A stretch of 64,000 nt of DNA from Microcoleus sp. (GTDB lineage: Bacteria; Cyanobacteriota; Cyanobacteriia; Cyanobacteriales; Microcoleaceae), in NCBI GenBank assembly GCA_052279835.1, contig CP181291.1, forward strand, positions 3,616,001-3,680,000, written 5' to 3'. Shown piece by piece: positions 59,462 through 64,000 of the stretch (positions are counted from its first letter, which is position 1; every line of letters begins with the position of its first letter). The notes beneath the pieces are model-generated. The model saw nothing but the letters and a program-made list of their open reading frames with translations. It did no database searches and had not been told where the DNA came from. The position numbers and the translations under genes are program-made.

Positions 59462-60637
59462 GTGGGAAGAATTCTTTCAGAAATTTTAAATCCAATTACC
59501 ATTGAAGAGTTTAGAGAAGCTTATTATACAAAGCAATCTATTTTAATCAAAAGCGAGGGCAAAAAGTTTGATTGGCTATTTGGCTGGTCTTCTTTGAACC
59601 AGATACTGAATCAGTCTTTTTTCCCCCACCCTACGATGAAACTTGTTTTAGAGGGCAGACCAATCAACGATATATCAGAAAAGTCGAAGATTGTGGATTG
59701 GTGTCGGAAAGGTGCTACAGTAATCATCGACCAACTACAGAACTATGACTCGCAAGTTAGAATAGCTATTGATTCACTATCCAAAGAAATTGGGGAGCCT
59801 GTTAACGCTAACCTCTACTTCTCTCAACCTGGTCGTCAAGCATTCAACGTACACTACGATCATCATGATGTGATTATTCTTCAGATTGAAGGTCACAAAA
59901 GGTGGCAAGTATACGAAGACTCAGAAGATACAAAGTTTCCACTATTTGTACAAAAGAGTCATAGCTCTGACATACCTGATGCTCCTATCATAGATTGTCT
60001 TTTATCGCCCGGAGATGTTCTATACATCCCAAGAGGTCATTGGCACGCTGCAACTGCACAGGATGAACAGTCGCTTCATGTGACTATTGGTATAGATGCA
60101 AGAACAGGGATAGATTTTGTGACATGGTTCACCAATGAATTGCGCGATGATGTTTTTTTTCGTCAATGTTTCCCTCTAGTTTTTAAACCAGAAATTGATG
60201 ATGACAAATACTACCATAGTATCCACTTTGAACATTTTAATCAATTAAGACATCTCTTAATAAAAAAGCTGCAACAGGATTGTATTTTTGATGATTATGC
60301 AAGGTACTGTTTAGCTACATCAAAATCATTTGAACCGTTCTATTTTCCCTGGTCTACTGATATGAATAAGGTGGCTTTGTCCAAGTCATCTTCATTTCGA
60401 CGATATGAAAATCAGCGGTTTTTTTTGGAGTCAGATGAAGAGCAAGTCATAACGAGTTTGACAATTCAAGAAAAATGTCACCGTTTTAGTGGTGAGGCAG
60501 AACCTCTTCTTAAATTCATATTCAACCGGATAGAATTCAGTTTTCAAGAATGTCTTCAAGTCTCGGAGCTTTCTGAAGATAATGTTGCTACCATATTGAA
60601 ACATTTGTTAAGTGAAGCATTGATAAAAATTGTTTGA
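59462..60637 (+). CDS. JmjC / Cupin_4 (ROX/YcfD-like) 2OG-Fe(II) oxygenase with C-terminal winged-helix-like domain
   Basis: NANLYFS, FNVHYDHHDVIILQIEGHKRWQVY, LSPGDVLYIPRGHWH, SLHVTIG; GTG 59462 preferred over TTG 59408, which lies inside the hairpin. Confidence 0.88.
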   Translation: MGRILSEILNPITIEEFREAYYTKQSILIKSEGKKFDWLFGWSSLNQILNQSFFPHPTMKLVLEGRPINDISEKSKIVDWCRKGATVIIDQLQNYDSQVRIAIDSLSKEIGEPVNANLYFSQPGRQAFNVHYDHHDVIILQIEGHKRWQVYEDSEDTKFPLFVQKSHSSDIPDAPIIDCLLSPGDVLYIPRGHWHAATAQDEQSLHVTIGIDARTGIDFVTWFTNELRDDVFFRQCFPLVFKPEIDDDKYYHSIHFEHFNQLRHLLIKKLQQDCIFDDYARYCLATSKSFEPFYFPWSTDMNKVALSKSSSFRRYENQRFFLESDEEQVITSLTIQEKCHRFSGEAEPLLKFIFNRIEFSFQECLQVSELSEDNVATILKHLLSEALIKIV

Positions 60638-60696
60638 ATGCATCACGATAGATTGTATCGCTCAGATTATCTTGGTCTACTCTCAAGAGGTTAAGT

Positions 60697-61647
60697 ATGT
60701 TCAGATCAGACAATTTTTTTTGCTCTAATCAATCTTTGCTTGTTAACGAGAACCTTATTGGCACAGCACTCTTAACTGAAGTATATATTTTTATTGAACA
60801 TAAAAAGCCGTGGGCTAATGAAGCATTTGAATCAAAAGAAATTCCTCAAAGGTTACGGTTAATTATTGATGAATATCGTAAATCTGCTCGTTTTCTTCTG
60901 ATTTGCAACAAAAATACTAAGCATAAAAAAAGTGTTAAAATTCTTTTTTATGTGCGCTCTAATGAGGAAAATCTGTCTAATGGATTTACCCTATATGAAG
61001 CAGAATGTTCCAACTATGAACATATATGTGAAACTATAGAAAATTACTTCATTCATCAGAAACTTCCGTCAAAAGATCGCTCGGCAAAGAGTCGTAATAT
61101 TTTGATTTGTACTCACGGAGGATTTGACCAGTGTTGTGGCAAGTATGGAACACCATTCTACATAAAGTCTAATCAGATATTAGACTTTATCAATGTTAAT
61201 GAAAAAATTGAAGTATGGGAATCTAGTCACTTTGGAGGACATCGCTTTGCGCCAACTATGATTGACTTTCCAGATGGTAGATATTATGGAAGAATGAATG
61301 AAGATATTTTTACTGCAATCATTAATCGAACTGGAGATTTAAATAAAACTATATCCTCTTATAGAGGATGGGCAATATTACCCAAAATAGCACAAGTAGT
61401 AGAGAAGCAACTGTTGCTTGATATTGGTTGGTCGTGGTTTAATGCCTCTGCTGCTAGTCACGTAAAACCTTTAGAAGACGGTGTATCTTACAATGTTACA
61501 ATCAGATACTTACTAGCGCATGATGAGAGACTATGTTCTGCTAGAGTATCAAAATCTTCGGAATTCTTGAACATTAAAATTCGTTGTCAAAATCAAGTAG
61601 ACAGTGTAGTTCCTCAATTTTCTATTGATAGCTTTGAGTATTTATAA
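60697..61647 (+). CDS. Sucrase/ferredoxin-like [2Fe-2S] protein
   Basis: FFCS...E.LIGTA, ICTHGGFDQCCGKYG, VWESSHFGGHRFAPTMIDFPDGRYYGR, YRGW; GAGG RBS. Confidence 0.88.
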   Translation: MFRSDNFFCSNQSLLVNENLIGTALLTEVYIFIEHKKPWANEAFESKEIPQRLRLIIDEYRKSARFLLICNKNTKHKKSVKILFYVRSNEENLSNGFTLYEAECSNYEHICETIENYFIHQKLPSKDRSAKSRNILICTHGGFDQCCGKYGTPFYIKSNQILDFINVNEKIEVWESSHFGGHRFAPTMIDFPDGRYYGRMNEDIFTAIINRTGDLNKTISSYRGWAILPKIAQVVEKQLLLDIGWSWFNASAASHVKPLEDGVSYNVTIRYLLAHDERLCSARVSKSSEFLNIKIRCQNQVDSVVPQFSIDSFEYL

Positions 61648-61715
61648 AAATCAAATACCAAACACTGCGATGATTCTACGGAGTGCGATCGACAGAATAA
61701 ATGAGAAGTAAAATC

Positions 61716-62117
61716 TCACGAATTTGCTGCCCAAAGAATAGTAATATCGCTGTATTGCTTGAACATTGAATCAGCACTCACAAGCGTCATCTCCTCGATC
61801 TGAGCCTGGGCAATTAGCATTCGATCAAAGGGATCTCGATGATGTAATTGTAACGCAGCCGCTCGCAGGGCATGAGGTGCTGTAATTTCCAACGATCGCA
61901 CATCTAACTGTATCATACGGCTAGAAATGTAGGTATCTATCGGTTCTGGCAGTGGCAACTTTCCGATCGCAACTTTGATACCCATTTCCCAGATACTAGC
62001 AACAGAAAACCACAATTCGTTCGTTTCATCGGCAATCTGTGCGATCGCCTCCTCATTCAATCGCTCTGGTTGGGCAAACCACCACAAAAAGCACTGCGTA
62101 TCCAGCAATAGTTTCAC
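61716..62117 (-). CDS. vapC: VapC-family PIN toxin
   Basis: LLLDTQ, SVASIWEMGIK, HHRDPFDRMLIAQA, LVSAD. Confidence 0.92.
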   Translation of the reverse strand: MKLLLDTQCFLWWFAQPERLNEEAIAQIADETNELWFSVASIWEMGIKVAIGKLPLPEPIDTYISSRMIQLDVRSLEITAPHALRAAALQLHHRDPFDRMLIAQAQIEEMTLVSADSMFKQYSDITILWAANS

Positions 62118-62359
62118 TTTTCATCCCCCTCGAATGCGGTCAAAATATCTTTTGGCAAAGGATCGTTAAAGTCCTCTGGCAAAACAAATCTCCCTCGATC
62201 TTGCCCTAAACTAGCTCGTCGATTAGATGAAGTACGAAACGGCACCAACTTCGCGATTGGGATGTCTCCGTTTGCAATAATGATTTCTTCTCCCAATTCT
62301 ACACGCAACAGTAGTAGTGAGAGATTTGTTTTAGCTTGATGGATATTTACAGTTTCCAT
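62114..62359 (-). CDS. Phd/YefM family antitoxin
   Basis: VNIHQAKTNLS.LL.RVELGEEIII....PIAKLVP. Confidence 0.9.
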   Translation of the reverse strand: METVNIHQAKTNLSLLLLRVELGEEIIIANGDIPIAKLVPFRTSSNRRASLGQDRGRFVLPEDFNDPLPKDILTAFEGDEK

Positions 62360-62576
62360 GCTCTTAAAAAATTAAGTCTATAAGTTAAGTTTAGTTCGAT
62401 GGTGAGAGTTCTGCAAGATCGAGTTTATGAATGCTCTACAAATACCACCCGGCGCATACTCTCACCAAAATTAATAGCGATCGCCTTAGTTCGATCGCCC
62501 GTCACAGCAAATACCTTCTGACTGCAATTACAGTATAATGAGTAAACATGATCAGCGTAAAAATTGCACAAAAATC

Positions 62577-62798
62577 ATGACTATCGATCTAGAGATTTTT
62601 CAAACAGTCGTCAAGATGCCAGAATCTCTCAAACAAGAGATATTGCATTATGCAAAATATTTACTTGAGAAACACGCAAAAACTGAATTATCTCCAGAAC
62701 AACTTGAACAACCTCATGGTTATGGTAGTTGGGCCGGTCAAATCGTTATGTCTGATGATTTCGATGAACCGCTGGAAGATTTAAAGGAATATATGTAA
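62577..62798 (+). CDS. DUF2281-like antitoxin
   Basis: MPESLKQEILHYAKYL...YGSWAGQIVMSDDFDEPLEDLKEYM; alternative start 62538. Confidence 0.8.
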   Translation: MTIDLEIFQTVVKMPESLKQEILHYAKYLLEKHAKTELSPEQLEQPHGYGSWAGQIVMSDDFDEPLEDLKEYM

Positions 62799-62799
62799 C

Positions 62800-63180
62800 A
62801 TGGAATGCCTTTTAGATACTCATGCCTTTCTGTGGTACTTGCTTGGCGATTCCAATCTAGGTAGTAAAGCAAAAGAAGCGATCGATACTAAAACAGGTTT
62901 GTATTTTAGTATTGCCAGCCTGTGGGAAATTTCAATTAAAATTAATGTTGGTAAGCTTCAACTGAATCGACCATTTGAAGACCTGCCGAAAGAATTGGAA
63001 TACATTAACGCTCAAATTCTACCAATTACATTTGAAGATACTGAGGTTTACACAGGTCTTCCCCTGCATCACCGAGATCCGTTCGATCGCATTTTGGTAG
63101 CACAGACGATGAATCATTCGCTGGTTTTGATTAGTCGTGATGAGGCTTTTGATGCTTATCCAATTCAGCGGGTGTGGTGA
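62800..63180 (+). CDS. vapC: VapC-family PIN toxin
   Basis: LLDTH, SIASLWEISIK, HHRDPFDRILVAQ, LISRD. Confidence 0.92.
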   Translation: MECLLDTHAFLWYLLGDSNLGSKAKEAIDTKTGLYFSIASLWEISIKINVGKLQLNRPFEDLPKELEYINAQILPITFEDTEVYTGLPLHHRDPFDRILVAQTMNHSLVLISRDEAFDAYPIQRVW

Positions 63181-63379
63181 TGAATAAGGCAAAAATGTTA
63201 GATTAGCGATCGCCCTTGGCACCAAATACCAAACCTTGCGATGATTCTACGACTTGCGATCGCCCTTTCTTTTTTCAGATGATCGATCGCCTAAAATGAA
63301 AGATCGATCGCACTTATCTAATTCCTAGCCAACAAACCAGACATATTCAGCAGTTTTCTTGACCAAATGATCCAAACCT

Positions 63380-63898
63380 TTAGGCTGTTTTACTTGCCTT
63401 CTCTCTTTTTCGTTTGCGCCATCTTTCCGCTGTTTCTTTAATAGCCTCTATTTCCTCAAAATCTACCTGCATCACAGCAGTTTTGAACTCCAAACCCAAA
63501 GCCAAGCTAATCTCAAGAATTTCCATCAAACTAGCATTTTGATATTTTCTTTTCTCGTATTCCTTGATACGTTCTGGGTCAATATCCAAAATTTCCGCTA
63601 GTTCTTCTTCACTCATTTTGGCAGCCATCCGAGCTTTAATTAAAGCCTCTGACAGTCTATTGAAATTCTCAACTACAATTTCGATCGGCTTGCTCTTGTC
63701 CCACGCCATCAATCTTTCATATTCCGCTATTTCTTCATGCAATTGATCCAAATGGCACTGGATCGAACCTCTACCTGCATCCCATTTGAGAAAGTCTTTC
63801 CTTTTTGCTTCTTCATCTCGCTCCATTGCTGCTAGAGTTTTGTTGAATTTTTCTACCCATTCTTTGCTGACTTCATACTCTAGTTCATCTTTGATCAT
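63380..63898 (-). CDS. XRE-family HTH protein (antitoxin-like)
   Basis: LIKARMAAKMSEEELAEILDIDPERIKEYE; ATG 63898 overlaps the TGA of the upstream gene. Confidence 0.8.
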   Translation of the reverse strand: MIKDELEYEVSKEWVEKFNKTLAAMERDEEAKRKDFLKWDAGRGSIQCHLDQLHEEIAEYERLMAWDKSKPIEIVVENFNRLSEALIKARMAAKMSEEELAEILDIDPERIKEYEKRKYQNASLMEILEISLALGLEFKTAVMQVDFEEIEAIKETAERWRKRKREKASKTA

Positions 63899-64000
63899 GG
63901 TTCCCACCTCATTAAATCTATCGCTATAATTCCTTTCTTCCTTTGTCTTCTATCCTTTTGAAAAAACTCAAAGGAATTGTCGCCGTAATTGCCTACAGGT
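63895..64000 (-). CDS. 3' end of upstream gene (DUF6932-like, putative toxin), truncated by window edge
   Basis: Open frame ...PVGNYGDNSFEFFQKDRRQRKKGIIAIDLMRWEP* with ATGA overlap. Confidence 0.5.
   Translation of the reverse strand, partial: PVGNYGDNSFEFFQKDRRQRKKGIIAIDLMRWEP

Larger units (their letters stand above)
1..64000. repeat. HIP1 octamer GCGATCGC dispersed throughout
   Basis: Many copies, e.g. 3284, 4165 and 62041; a cyanobacterial hallmark; none seen in about 58.9-61.6 kb. Confidence 0.9.

Noticed and set aside
1..64000. rRNA, tRNA or riboswitch genes
   Set aside because: None were recognised by eye; a tRNAscan/Infernal run is needed to exclude them.

Overview
This is a 64 kb chromosomal window from a filamentous cyanobacterium. 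It is probably Oscillatoriales (Microcoleus/Tychonema-like), inferred from frequent HIP1 GCGATCGC octamers, heptamer tandem repeats and several families of short palindromic repeats. Housekeeping genes include ndhI-G-E, folB, map, cobD, HU, pilMNOQ, folC, rsmI, xseAB, gmk, remA and prlC. The first standout block (about 27.8-42.8 kb) is a purine/urate catabolism island: a Rieske oxygenase, hpxO, uraH, uraD, puuE, an allantoate amidohydrolase-like enzyme, an ABC importer, a porin and GntR. It has NtcA boxes and a repeated GTATAC operator, and a solo TnpB with a rearranged RuvC interrupts it. The second block is an accessory region at about 56-64 kb rich in toxin-antitoxin modules. Inside it is the best candidate for an undescribed system: two paralogous 46-aa peptides missed by the ORF track (shared motif VExYxxxxPKFTKxxWxSGE) bracketed by RNA hairpins. 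They are followed by a JmjC/Cupin_4 oxygenase and a sucrase/ferredoxin-like [2Fe-2S] protein and lie divergent from an HTH-NB-ARC regulator, which gives a RiPP-like operon. All calls come from reading the sequence and recognising motifs; no database searches were run.
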